Assembly (NCBI GenBank): GCA_036679605.1
Contig: JAZDCZ010000085.1
Span: 64,001 to 128,000, forward strand
DNA length: 64,000 nt
Reading direction: 5' to 3'
Origin: Gemmatimonadota bacterium
GTDB taxonomy: Bacteria > Gemmatimonadota > Gemmatimonadetes > Gemmatimonadales > GWC2-71-9
The position numbers and the translations under genes were made by a program. Positions 22,679-32,424 of the stretch are shown in pieces. Each line of letters opens with the position of its first letter. Position 1 is the stretch's first letter. The notes under the pieces are model-generated. The model was not told the origin of the DNA. It saw nothing but the letters and a program-made list of their open reading frames with translations, and searched no databases.

Positions 22679-23780
22679 AAATCTCAGTCTTGAGCTTCAC
22701 AGCGGCATCCGCGACGCGACCGCGAGTCTGCTTCAGTATGGTAATCGAGCGACGTGTGCGTGGAGCGAACACGCGATTGGTTAGTAAAATGACAAATAGA
22801 TTTCGCACCGGATCTATCCAGATCGACGTACCGGTATAACCACTATGGCCAAACGCGCTCGATGACAGAAGACTTCCGCTGTTCGCCTCGCTCGTGGTAT
22901 CTCGCATTTCCCAACCAAGAGCGCGGCCATCCTTTCCACGGGCAGTGAACAGTGCAACTGTTTCGCGTCGCAACACCACTTCGCCCTGTTCGTCACGTCC
23001 TCCTCTGAGAAGCATTTGTGCATAACGCGCCAAATCACCTCCCGTAGCATAGAGTCCGGCGTGCCCCGACACGCCTCCTAGCCGTACAGCATTCTGGTCG
23101 TGCAACTCACCCGCTATCACATGGCCTCGCCACAGTCCGACGGGAGCGGTGCGATTCGTAAATGCTCGAGGTGGACTAAACATCGTCTGCATCATATCAA
23201 GTGGCAGAAATACTTCATCCGCCACAAATCTGTTGAGCGACACACCCGAGACTTCTTCAACGATCCAGCCCAGCAGCATTGCGTTCAGATCACTGTACTC
23301 GTAACGCGACCCCGGCTTCCATTTCAGTGGTTCGATTTCCACGAGGTGGCGGGCCTCCTCTGCCGTGCTTGCTTTCTCGTGGAGCGGCAAGAACGCTCTC
23401 AATCCCGAGCGATGCTGCAGAAGATGGCGTACCGTCACCACGTCTTTGCCCGACCCCGTAAATTCTGGCAAGTAGGACTGAACGGAAGCATCTAGATCGA
23501 TCTGGCCCAACTCCACGAGTCGCATGATCGACGGTGTCGTCGCGACTACTTTCGTCAACGAGGCAAGATCATAGAGCGTGCTATCCCAGTTTGGAGTGCT
23601 GCTCTTTTCCGACCATGTGAAGTATCCATAACCTTTGGCCATAAGCATGCGCTCGCTCGTCCCCACCACCACTACGGCTCCTGGAAACGAGCCCGCCTTC
23701 ATGCCCCAAGCGACGGCACTGTCCACACCGCTTATTGACGCAGCCTGTATCAGCAGAGCAATTGAAGTAACGGAAACCAT
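22659..23780 (-). CDS. serine hydrolase, beta-lactamase family
   Basis: ASLTK (SxxK), YSDLN, GHAGLY, FGHSGYTG, LLTNRV. Confidence 0.88.
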   Translation of the reverse strand: MVSVTSIALLIQAASISGVDSAVAWGMKAGSFPGAVVVVGTSERMLMAKGYGYFTWSEKSSTPNWDSTLYDLASLTKVVATTPSIMRLVELGQIDLDASVQSYLPEFTGSGKDVVTVRHLLQHRSGLRAFLPLHEKASTAEEARHLVEIEPLKWKPGSRYEYSDLNAMLLGWIVEEVSGVSLNRFVADEVFLPLDMMQTMFSPPRAFTNRTAPVGLWRGHVIAGELHDQNAVRLGGVSGHAGLYATGGDLARYAQMLLRGGRDEQGEVVLRRETVALFTARGKDGRALGWEMRDTTSEANSGSLLSSSAFGHSGYTGTSIWIDPVRNLFVILLTNRVFAPRTRRSITILKQTRGRVADAAVKLKTEICGRKCD

Positions 23781-23850
23781 GGCTATCTCGATGGTGCTAC
23801 TCTAGATAGTGTTCGCAAAGGCCGTTTACAACAATAAGCGAAGGAACCCC

Positions 23851-25323
23851 ATGGAGCGACGGTTGACAGTTGGATTAGTACTGGTGTGGCTCACTGTGCA
23901 GGCTGGAGAGATCGCCGCCCAAGTCCCGATCGACACTCTGGCACTCCGAGCTCACACTTACTTTCTGGCTCACGATCTCCTCGAGGGACGCGGCACCGGC
24001 ACACGCGGAGCCCGGCTAGCTGCCAGTTACATCGCAAGTCAGTGCAGGGCCCTAGGGCTACAGCCTGTCGCCGGCAAGTATCTGCATGCCTTTTCATTGG
24101 AGGAGGCGTCTGTTGAGACGTCTACGCACCTCACCGTAAGGAACGGCGCAACCGAAGAAGTATTTCGCTATCCCAGGGATTTCACCCCCGACGTGGGTAC
24201 GGTCAGGACGTTAGTTGGTTTTCGAGGACCTGCCGTGTATGTGGGTCCGTCCCAAGATATCACCGCCGGGTCACTCAGGGGCCTGGATTTGGCCGGCTCT
24301 GTTGCGGTGACGGACGGTGCCACTAACGATCTTCCCGCCATCGACACGCTCAAAGCCCGTGGAGTCGTCGGCGTTGTGCATTTGGTGTCCGACTTCAGAA
24401 CGTATCGGCTCTATAGAAACAGCCGTGGCGGCGGACGCATGTACCACTCTGATTCAACCATCGAGTCTTCGTTTCTTCCCGGTCTGCCATCGGTCATCGC
24501 CAGTCCCCAACTGTCCTACTCCCTAGTGATCGGGCAAGGGGAAGTAATGTCACGGTCACGGGGTCCTCTCGGACCTTCCGTTAGTTACGAGTTAAGCACG
24601 CAAAGAAGGCGGTTTGAGTCGAGCAATGTTGCTTGTCTCTTGCCGGGCACTGAGAGGCTCACCGCTGACACTGCGATCGCGTTTAGCGCCCACTACGATC
24701 ACCTGGGTATAGGGACTCCAGACGAGACGGGAGATTCCATCTACAACGGTTTCTCCGATAACGCGGCAGGGGTTGCAATGTTGCTTGCGATCGCCGAAGC
24801 CATGGCGACTGATACCGCATTTCCGATGCGGCACTCCGCACTATTCCTCTTCTTCGTCGGGGAAGAGCGCGGCCTTCTGGGATCAGATTATTACGTCTCC
24901 CATCCGGCTTGGCCGCTAGATAGGACACTCGCCGTCATCAATCTCGATGCTGGTGCACCGCCAGGCGTTCTGACATCATGGCGCCTAGCGGGGGTCGATT
25001 CGTCCAGTCTCGAAACGACAGCGGTCCGCATCGGATTGGAGCGCGGCTGGCAAATTACAACCTCACCAGCACGAGCTAACTCCGACTATTACCCGTTCAT
25101 CCGCCATGGCGTGGAATCTATTTTCCTAATTCCCGGATCAGGAAACTATGAGGGGCTCTCGGCGGATAGCTCAAAGGCTCTTCGAGAACGATGGGATTCA
25201 TACCACCATCCGGCAGACGCGTGGGACAACGATTTTCCGTTCAGTGGCTTGAAGCGGTATGCAGAATACGCTTACCTGATCGGACGGGCACTTGACTCCC
25301 GGAGTGAGTCACCACAACGATAG
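23851..25323 (+). CDS. secreted M28 family metallopeptidase
   Basis: signal peptide, LEGRGTG, SAHYDHLG, SDNAAG, GEERGLLGS, YHHPAD. Confidence 0.88.
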   Translation: MERRLTVGLVLVWLTVQAGEIAAQVPIDTLALRAHTYFLAHDLLEGRGTGTRGARLAASYIASQCRALGLQPVAGKYLHAFSLEEASVETSTHLTVRNGATEEVFRYPRDFTPDVGTVRTLVGFRGPAVYVGPSQDITAGSLRGLDLAGSVAVTDGATNDLPAIDTLKARGVVGVVHLVSDFRTYRLYRNSRGGGRMYHSDSTIESSFLPGLPSVIASPQLSYSLVIGQGEVMSRSRGPLGPSVSYELSTQRRRFESSNVACLLPGTERLTADTAIAFSAHYDHLGIGTPDETGDSIYNGFSDNAAGVAMLLAIAEAMATDTAFPMRHSALFLFFVGEERGLLGSDYYVSHPAWPLDRTLAVINLDAGAPPGVLTSWRLAGVDSSSLETTAVRIGLERGWQITTSPARANSDYYPFIRHGVESIFLIPGSGNYEGLSADSSKALRERWDSYHHPADAWDNDFPFSGLKRYAEYAYLIGRALDSRSESPQR

Positions 25324-25338
25324 CCCTTATGCTTGTCG

Positions 25339-26082
25339 TTATGGATCTCTTACAACACCAGGCGGGAGTGCGTACAGCAATCGAGCGGTTCGCCTATCAC
25401 GCGGCGTAAGATCGTGTACTGACGTCGAGGGATACATCAGGTCGTCAGGACCGTCAGAGTGGCCGAGACCGAGAAGATGACCGATCTCATGTAGCGCGAC
25501 CGTGTAGGCTATGTCCATGCTGACAGCTCGCCCGCGACTGGAGTACGTCGCAAGTGTAATCGTTCCGCTGACCAACCAACCGTCCTGGTTCCACACCACA
25601 TCGGTCTGGCCACTGCGTCGCATGGGGAACGAGTGGATCCACCTCACTTTGACTTCGGCAGACCCCGAGTCTCCAACGAAGGAAAAATGGACGGGAATGG
25701 CCCCGACCCGCTCCCACCGAGTGAAAGCGTCGCGTGCGGAGTTCAGAAGCTCCAGAGATGGCGGAGGAGCTATATAAACGGATAAGGGCCGCACTCGGCG
25801 ATCCCGCCACCGTTTGAGAGTCGAATCACCTTCGGCCAGGGCGTAACCGAGATAAGTATCGGACTCGCTTATCCGGCGCCGGACAATAGACCGAGCAGTC
25901 CGGCGCCGGACAATAGACCGAGCAGTCCGCACACTACCTAGGTCGGGAGCCTCGACGGCTACCCCTTGGCCCGTCGGGAGCACCGGGTGAGCCGGATCGT
26001 CCTTTTCAGGCAGATGCTGCCCAAGACGGAAGACACCCACGGTGGCGACCACAAAGAGCATAACCAATAGCGTTCGTCTCAC
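25339..26082 (-). CDS. matrixin (M10) family metalloprotease
   Basis: HEIGHLLGLGH zinc motif and LMYP Met-turn; N-terminal hydrophobic segment. Confidence 0.85.
   Translation of the reverse strand: MRRTLLVMLFVVATVGVFRLGQHLPEKDDPAHPVLPTGQGVAVEAPDLGSVRTARSIVRRRTARSIVRRRISESDTYLGYALAEGDSTLKRWRDRRVRPLSVYIAPPPSLELLNSARDAFTRWERVGAIPVHFSFVGDSGSAEVKVRWIHSFPMRRSGQTDVVWNQDGWLVSGTITLATYSSRGRAVSMDIAYTVALHEIGHLLGLGHSDGPDDLMYPSTSVHDLTPRDRRTARLLYALPPGVVRDP
25872..25929. repeat. perfect 27-bp tandem duplication
   Basis: TCCGGCGCCGGACAATAGACCGAGCAG x2 plus TCCG; encodes RTARSIVRR twice. Confidence 0.95.
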
Positions 26083-26238
26083 GAGTTCAATATGGCCCGT
26101 GAGTCCGTGGTGTCGCTACTGTTGTCATCGTCTGGCACCAGCGGCCCGCCCTATCTATCATTGAACCCCTTGTCACAGCTAACACTCATGATCAACAGAC
26201 CACATTGAACGCTCTACAGAACGGTAGCAAGCACGAGA

Positions 26239-26260
26239 GGGCGGGGGCGGGGGCGGGGGC
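26239..26260 (+). repeat. GGGC(GGGGGC)3 simple repeat / G-quadruplex motif
   Basis: four G tracts separated by single C, ending 3 nt before ATG 26264. Confidence 0.8.
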
Positions 26261-26263
26261 GGC

Positions 26264-28567
26264 ATGATCCCGTTGCCGGCCCGTGGCATCCTGCGGTTCC
26301 GGGTGCCGATCCTCGTTTTTTGGGCAATAGTCGCATCTATCGCTGGACCAACAGCTTCCCGGGTTCACAGCGTTCTCCAAGTGCAAGGCGAGCCCGTAAT
26401 CAATTCGGAGTCTGCCAAAGCGGGTAGGCTGATACGCAACGCGTTCCCCGAGCCGATATCAAAATTTCTAGTTGTCACACTTTCTGGCGATATACCGATC
26501 GACTCAGCACCTATGCGCGCCGCGCTGGGTTCTCTGGTCCGTACCGCCGAATCTCAGTCGTTCATCAGCCGGGTGGTCTCACACCTGAACTCGTCCGATT
26601 CCAGCCTGGTAAGTAAAGACCGGAAAACAACTTTTTTTCTCTGCGTGATCGATGTAGCGGGGGACGATTCAGCGACCGAACACGTCCGCGATTTTCGAAA
26701 CGCCATCCATGCAACTGCTTCGCGTTTCCCACAAAGCGGCCAGTACGCGGTGGCAGTAACGGGGGAGCCGGCTCTCGATTTCGATGTACGAACGGCCAGC
26801 CGAGAGGATGCGGAGTCTAACGAAAAGAAATCTCTACCCTTCGCGGCGGCCATTCTCGTACTTGCATTTGGTGCTCTCGTAGCCGCGATTCTGCCGCTGG
26901 TGATAGGAATTTTTGCCATCATCTGTGCACTGGCATTGGTATACGTAGCCGCAAGCTTCCATCCGATGTCCTTTTTCGTGCTCACAATCATCTCGATGGT
27001 GGGCCTGGCTGTGGGCATTGATTATTCGTTGCTCGTAGTAACGCGATTTCGTGAAGAAATGAACCGAGGTCGCAGTCCACGGGACGCTGCCGAACGAACG
27101 ATCGAGACTGCTGGCCGCGCGGTGGTTACGAGCGGGCTGACCGTTGCACTCGGGTTCGCGTCGTTGCTTGTGACCCCAATATCGGAGACGCGATCCGTTG
27201 GGATCGGCGGACTATTGGTCGTCACTGTTGCGGTTCTGCTTGCGGTCACGTTGCTGCCGGCTTCTCTGTCGTTCCTCGGTCGGACAATCGACAAACCAAA
27301 GTGGTTGGCGCGCCGATTGGCTTGGTATCACGCCCCTGCTGGCTGGGAGCGCTGGGCTCGCTGGCTGGGGCAGCATCCTTGGAGAGCAATCGTGCTGGCC
27401 GGTACAGTAATCGCCCTTATCACCTGGCCCCTCACCAACATCAAGTTTGGCCTCCCAGAATCTCGTTGGTTTCCGGCCAACACCGAATCGGCTGAAGGAA
27501 TCGATGTACTTCGGCGAATGGGGGCAAGCGGCACGATACAACCCATCCGCATGGTAATCCAAGCCCCTGATCAACAACGGATCGTAGGGTCTCGCTATAT
27601 CAGAGGCCTCAAGCGTCTTTCAGATACTCTTCGGATCGACCCTCGGATCGCACAAGTCCGGAGCGTTGTGGACGTGGTGCCAAATATGTCCGCTTTTCGA
27701 TATACGATGTTATACGGCAACATCCAAAAAGCCCGCGACCGGGCTCCCGATTTCTACTCCGCGTACCTGTCCGACGACGACCGCACAACTCTGATGGACG
27801 TGTTGCTGGCCGACACTACCTCGCTTACGACTTCGATGGAGGTTGTCCGCGATATACGATCCGTGGTCCGATCGAACATACGAGGTCTCGATTCCATAGA
27901 AATTGCCGTTGGCGGATTTGCGGCCTCTAGTGTCGATCTACAAGACGATCTACTCAAACAGTTTCCGCTAGTGATTGCATTGGTGCTGACTACCACGGCA
28001 GTAATGCTATTCGTTGCGTTCCGGTCAATTCTGGTACCGCTCAAGGCGGTGGTAATGAATGTCCTGTCGGTGGGCGGTGCATTCGGACTAACCGTTCTGG
28101 TCTTTCAAGAGGGCGTAGGCGCTAAGCTGTTCGGACTTGATGGGCCTATGGAGGCCATTTACGCGGTAATACCAGTATTGGTTTTCGCTGTCGTATTCGG
28201 ACTAAGTATGGACTACGAAGTTTTCTTGCTCGCCCGAATAAAAGAGGCATTCGACCGGACCGGCCGCAACGATCAGGCAACGATGGAAGGTCTTGCCGCT
28301 ACGGCCTCTGTTATTACGAGCGCAGCTGCTATCATGATCATCGTCTTCGGAGTTTTTAGCTTCTCTCGAGTTCTTGGGGCCCAACTCCTAGGTTTCGGAT
28401 TGGCTGTCGCGGTATTCCTCGACGCTACTCTCGTTCGGATGGTACTCGTGCCGGCAATCATGCACCTGGCGGGGCGTTGGAACTGGTGGCCTGGAGTTCG
28501 GACGAGCCGCGACCAGGCAGGAGAAAATCTGCAGTCGGATCCCCCACACCTCTCAGGGACTCGCTAG
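26264..28567 (+). CDS. MMPL family (RND) transporter
   Basis: two MMPL repeats with GIDYSLL and GLSMDYEVFLL, DATLVR, WNWW. Confidence 0.92.
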   Translation: MIPLPARGILRFRVPILVFWAIVASIAGPTASRVHSVLQVQGEPVINSESAKAGRLIRNAFPEPISKFLVVTLSGDIPIDSAPMRAALGSLVRTAESQSFISRVVSHLNSSDSSLVSKDRKTTFFLCVIDVAGDDSATEHVRDFRNAIHATASRFPQSGQYAVAVTGEPALDFDVRTASREDAESNEKKSLPFAAAILVLAFGALVAAILPLVIGIFAIICALALVYVAASFHPMSFFVLTIISMVGLAVGIDYSLLVVTRFREEMNRGRSPRDAAERTIETAGRAVVTSGLTVALGFASLLVTPISETRSVGIGGLLVVTVAVLLAVTLLPASLSFLGRTIDKPKWLARRLAWYHAPAGWERWARWLGQHPWRAIVLAGTVIALITWPLTNIKFGLPESRWFPANTESAEGIDVLRRMGASGTIQPIRMVIQAPDQQRIVGSRYIRGLKRLSDTLRIDPRIAQVRSVVDVVPNMSAFRYTMLYGNIQKARDRAPDFYSAYLSDDDRTTLMDVLLADTTSLTTSMEVVRDIRSVVRSNIRGLDSIEIAVGGFAASSVDLQDDLLKQFPLVIALVLTTTAVMLFVAFRSILVPLKAVVMNVLSVGGAFGLTVLVFQEGVGAKLFGLDGPMEAIYAVIPVLVFAVVFGLSMDYEVFLLARIKEAFDRTGRNDQATMEGLAATASVITSAAAIMIIVFGVFSFSRVLGAQLLGFGLAVAVFLDATLVRMVLVPAIMHLAGRWNWWPGVRTSRDQAGENLQSDPPHLSGTR

Positions 28568-28840
28568 TTCGAGACCCAGCTCGAGGTACTGGCGTCGTAG
28601 ATCCCAGTGCCACGCCTCTACTCTCGCTTCGGTTCTGGGATGCTTGAGTGGTTTGCGCTGTAGCCACTCGGGAGACATGCCAATTTGGGATCCGGCCTCA
28701 AGCAACAGTTCCCGATTTGAGGATACAAGATGTGCCATGGGTTCGCCGCGATACACGAATCGGTGGAGCCAGAGCCCACCGTCTAGCGCATGTATCATCC
28801 CGTCCCGCCTGCGATCGAATGTGCGCCAGGAGCCGCTCAA
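28553..28840 (-). CDS. small protein, DUF4031-like
   Basis: AHLVS...IGMSPEWLQ...WHWDL pattern; overlaps the pilin stop by 4 bp. Confidence 0.6.
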   Translation of the reverse strand: MSGSWRTFDRRRDGMIHALDGGLWLHRFVYRGEPMAHLVSSNRELLLEAGSQIGMSPEWLQRKPLKHPRTEARVEAWHWDLRRQYLELGLELASP

Positions 28841-29229
28841 CTACACTCCACTGTTCCCTCCGACACAGCGGTACCCAGAGGCGCTGCGTCGCCTATGAAC
28901 ACGTAACATTCCACCAGGAAGGCGTTGTGTTTCGCTGTAGCAGACCAGCCTAGGATGGTGGCCTCGGTCACCTCCACCGTGATATCGGTACTCGTTGCGA
29001 ACCCGGCTGTCTTGAGCGTCGCGACGTCGTCCGTATAAGTAGCACGATCGAAGTAATAGGACTCTTCATGCATGCCAAAGGTGCGCAGATCGCTTCTCAT
29101 GGCAGCCACCCACGCTCTCTCCTTGAACCCCCGGAGTTTGGGCACGACGATCGTCGCAAGCAGTCCGATGACCGTGACGACCACCACTAATTCTACGAGC
29201 GTAAACCCCTTGCGACTAGACAAGCGCAT
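28837..29229 (-). CDS. type IV pilin-like protein
   Basis: prepilin cleavage/methylation site KG/FTLVEL followed by a hydrophobic helix. Confidence 0.88.
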   Translation of the reverse strand: MRLSSRKGFTLVELVVVVTVIGLLATIVVPKLRGFKERAWVAAMRSDLRTFGMHEESYYFDRATYTDDVATLKTAGFATSTDITVEVTEATILGWSATAKHNAFLVECYVFIGDAAPLGTAVSEGTVECS

Positions 29230-29274
29230 TTGCTAGAAAAGCCTCCAACGATCCATTAGCCATATAAACCCGAT

Positions 29275-32034
29275 TTAGTTCTTCGCGTCAAGCCAGTTGC
29301 TCCCAATACCGATCTCCGCAACTAGTGGAACGCTGAGTTGGCCCGCTCTTTCCATTTGAGACCGCACCATCTCCGGAACTTCGTCGATTTCGCTAACGGG
29401 CACCTCCAATACGAGTTCATCGTGAACCTGTAGCAGCATCGTGGCTCGTAGCTCCTCCTCCTTCAATTGGCGTGCCAGGTTGATCATGGCGATCTTGATC
29501 AAATCTGCCGCCGAGCCTTGCATGGGGGAATTCATCGCAGTGCGTTCCCCGAAAGCTCTGACGTTATGGTTGGGGTCTCGGAGTTCCGGTATGTAACGTC
29601 TTCGTCCAAATATGGTTTCCACGTACCCCTGAGTTCGAGCCTGATCGACGGTATCATCCAAGAATTTTCTTACTCCCGCAAAGCGTTCGAAGTAAAGTCG
29701 AATAAAGTCCTTCGCTTCTTCCTGAGTTATGTCGAGCTGGCGCGCGAGTGCAAAGGCTCCCTGTCCATAGATCGTCGCGAAGTTTATTGTCTTGGCCCGG
29801 GCCCTCATATCCTGCGTAACGTCCTCCACCGGCACGTCAAAAACAACTGCTGCCGTCTCGCGATGGATATCCTCCCCACTTGCAAACGCCGCGATAAACC
29901 TTGAATCCTGCGACAAGTGGGCCAGCACTCTCAGTTCAATCTGCGAATAATCGGCCACCACAAAACGATACCCCTCCGAAGGAACAAAACATTCGCGTAT
30001 TAATTCTCCGCGTGAGGTTCGCACCGGAATATTCTGGAGATTCGGATTAGATGACGAAAGACGTCCCGTAGTGGCGCCGGTCTGATTGAAGCTGGTGTGC
30101 ACGCGCTTGGTAAGCGGGTCGACACTCTCAGGTAAGACATCTACATATGTGGACTTCAGTTTGCTCAATTCCCTGTAACTGAGCAGTAATTGCGGAACCT
30201 CAAACCCCATTCCGGTAAGCTGCGCCAACACTGCTGCGTCAGTCGAAGCTCCGGTCTTGGTCTTCTTGATCACCGGCAGTTGTAGCTTCTCAAAAAGCAC
30301 GTGCCGAAGTTGCTGTGTACTGTTAATGTTGAATTCGGTACCGGCTTGTTCGTAAATAGCTCTTTCGATTCGAGATAATTCGGCACCAAATTCACCCGAG
30401 AGCTGTGCTAAACGAGCCACATCAATTGCGATACCGCACCACTCCATATTTGCCAGCACTTCGATCAACGGAATCTCGATCGAGTCTAGCAATGACTTGG
30501 CGCCGACCCTATTAAGCCGTTGTTCAAAGTGCTTATGGAGACGCAAGGAAGCGCTGGCAGCTGCACAACAGACGGCAGCGGCATCTTCCAAGGCGGTTTC
30601 CGAAAATGGTGGCGGCCGCCCCTTTGCCTTACCTCCAGATCGGCGCTCTGGCAACTCCGTGTCGAGGAACTCCCGCGCCAATACATCCAATGCGTGGGAT
30701 CGTCGTCCCGGATCGAGCACGAAGCTCTCGAGCATTGAATCGTGGGCCACTCCATTGAGCGTGACTCCGGCACTGCGCAGATTGTGCCAACTCCGTTTCA
30801 GGTCGTGTCCTGTTTTCGCCACCGTAGCATCTTCCAGCAACTCAGCTAGGGGTCGCATTGCTAAAGCATTCAATTGCGGAAGATTGCCCGAATAATCGCC
30901 AACTCCGAGTTCTCCTTGCGCTTGGCCGTGCGAGAACGGGAAATATCTGGCAGGTCCTGCCGGTACCGCGATTGCCAACCCCACCAACGGCCCTCGCAGA
31001 GTCCCGCCACTATCAGAGCGTGCTTCGACACACAGCAGTTCAGCCCTGCGCAAGGCAGCAATTATCTCCGGGAGTTCGGTAGGTGAACGAACCAACTCAT
31101 AGGTCACGACGTCGGTCACAGTGGGCGTCGCCGAAGCAGATTCGATTTTCTTGATTAGTGAACTAAACTCGAGTTCAGAGTAGAGCCGGAGCAGGGACTC
31201 GTCGTTCGGCTGGTGTACTCTCAACTCCTCCGTACTCAGGTCCAGGGGTACGTCACGGCAGATTGTAACGAGTTCCCGACTCAACCTCGCCTCTTCTTCA
31301 TGGGCCAACAGAGCCTCTCGTGCGCGCTTTCCCTTTACTTCTTCTGCATGTGCTAGGATCGAGTCCAGGTCTCCATAGGTATCTATCAATGCTCTGGCCG
31401 TCTTATCGCCGATGCCTTTGACTCCTGGAATGTTATCGGACGAGTCTCCTACCATGGCCAGATAGTCCACCACACGCTCGGGTGATACACCCAACCGCAA
31501 CGGGGCGTTCTCGAGGTCGATCAACTGTTCACTAACCGGAGATGGACCTCCGCGTCCGGGGTTCAAGATTAGTACGTCCTCGGATATCAGTTGATAGAAG
31601 TCCTTATCACCCGACACGATTACCGCCTGGAGGTTCTGATCTACCGCCCGAGCGGCGAGAGTGCCTATAACATCGTCTGCTTCATAACCCTTTACTTCGA
31701 CCAAAACGATGTTGAACGCCTTGAGCAATTCTTCAATTCGTTCGATGGACCGATCGAAATCTTCCTGTAACTCATCATCGAGTTTTTGCCTGGTTGCTTT
31801 GTATTCGGGATACTTCTCGGTTCGAAAGGAGGAGCCCGCATCATGTACCCATGCCACGTATGTGGGATCATGCTGCTGGAAAAGACGGTGAAGAAAACTT
31901 GCTACACCCCAGACTGCCGAAGTGTTTTCACCGCGGCTGGTACGCAGTGGCCGACTGATCATGGCGAAGAACGCTCTATAGATCAGCGCATAACCGTCTA
32001 TGAGAAAAATCTTGGGTCGATCTTCGGTTTTCAT
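29275..32034 (-). CDS. polA: DNA polymerase I
   Basis: LIDGYALIYRAF, YEADD, GRLSSSNPNLQNIP, ADYSQIELR, KTINFATIYG, LQVHDEL. Confidence 0.97.
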   Translation of the reverse strand: MKTEDRPKIFLIDGYALIYRAFFAMISRPLRTSRGENTSAVWGVASFLHRLFQQHDPTYVAWVHDAGSSFRTEKYPEYKATRQKLDDELQEDFDRSIERIEELLKAFNIVLVEVKGYEADDVIGTLAARAVDQNLQAVIVSGDKDFYQLISEDVLILNPGRGGPSPVSEQLIDLENAPLRLGVSPERVVDYLAMVGDSSDNIPGVKGIGDKTARALIDTYGDLDSILAHAEEVKGKRAREALLAHEEEARLSRELVTICRDVPLDLSTEELRVHQPNDESLLRLYSELEFSSLIKKIESASATPTVTDVVTYELVRSPTELPEIIAALRRAELLCVEARSDSGGTLRGPLVGLAIAVPAGPARYFPFSHGQAQGELGVGDYSGNLPQLNALAMRPLAELLEDATVAKTGHDLKRSWHNLRSAGVTLNGVAHDSMLESFVLDPGRRSHALDVLAREFLDTELPERRSGGKAKGRPPPFSETALEDAAAVCCAAASASLRLHKHFEQRLNRVGAKSLLDSIEIPLIEVLANMEWCGIAIDVARLAQLSGEFGAELSRIERAIYEQAGTEFNINSTQQLRHVLFEKLQLPVIKKTKTGASTDAAVLAQLTGMGFEVPQLLLSYRELSKLKSTYVDVLPESVDPLTKRVHTSFNQTGATTGRLSSSNPNLQNIPVRTSRGELIRECFVPSEGYRFVVADYSQIELRVLAHLSQDSRFIAAFASGEDIHRETAAVVFDVPVEDVTQDMRARAKTINFATIYGQGAFALARQLDITQEEAKDFIRLYFERFAGVRKFLDDTVDQARTQGYVETIFGRRRYIPELRDPNHNVRAFGERTAMNSPMQGSAADLIKIAMINLARQLKEEELRATMLLQVHDELVLEVPVSEIDEVPEMVRSQMERAGQLSVPLVAEIGIGSNWLDAKN

Positions 32035-32051
32035 GGCCGACAAGAATAGTT

Positions 32052-32093
32052 GAAAAACAAGAGCCCCGCCCAGTGTAAGCTAGCGGGCGGGGC
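32052..32093 (-). terminator. intrinsic terminator of the cold-shock gene
   Basis: 9-bp stem GCCCCGCCC/GGGCGGGGC followed on the minus strand by TCTTGTTTTT. Confidence 0.7.
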
Positions 32094-32112
32094 AGACGAT
32101 CAACTCGACCAG

Positions 32113-32316
32113 TTAAACCTGGACAACTTGGCTCGCGTTGAGTCCCCTGTCTCCCTCCTGAAGTTCAAATTCCACCTCTTGGCCCTCCTGGAGGGTCCGG
32201 AATCCATCCACTTGAATTGCTGAAAAATGTACAAATACGTCGTCGCCGCCTGACATCTGCTCAATGAATCCGTATCCCTTCGAGTCATTGAACCATTTCA
32301 CCTTCCCACGTGGCAT
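32113..32316 (-). CDS. cold-shock protein (Csp family)
   Basis: GKVKWFN, KGYGFI (RNP1), VFVHFSAI (RNP2). Confidence 0.95.
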   Translation of the reverse strand: MPRGKVKWFNDSKGYGFIEQMSGGDDVFVHFSAIQVDGFRTLQEGQEVEFELQEGDRGLNASQVVQV

Positions 32317-32424
32317 TTACCTGCCTCCTGTGATCGGTTGGATTGCTAGACCCATACCAGTCCACGACTACCACTCATGATTCTGCTGCACCGGGAACAC
32401 ACCTGTCAACCCACAACCGTGCAT

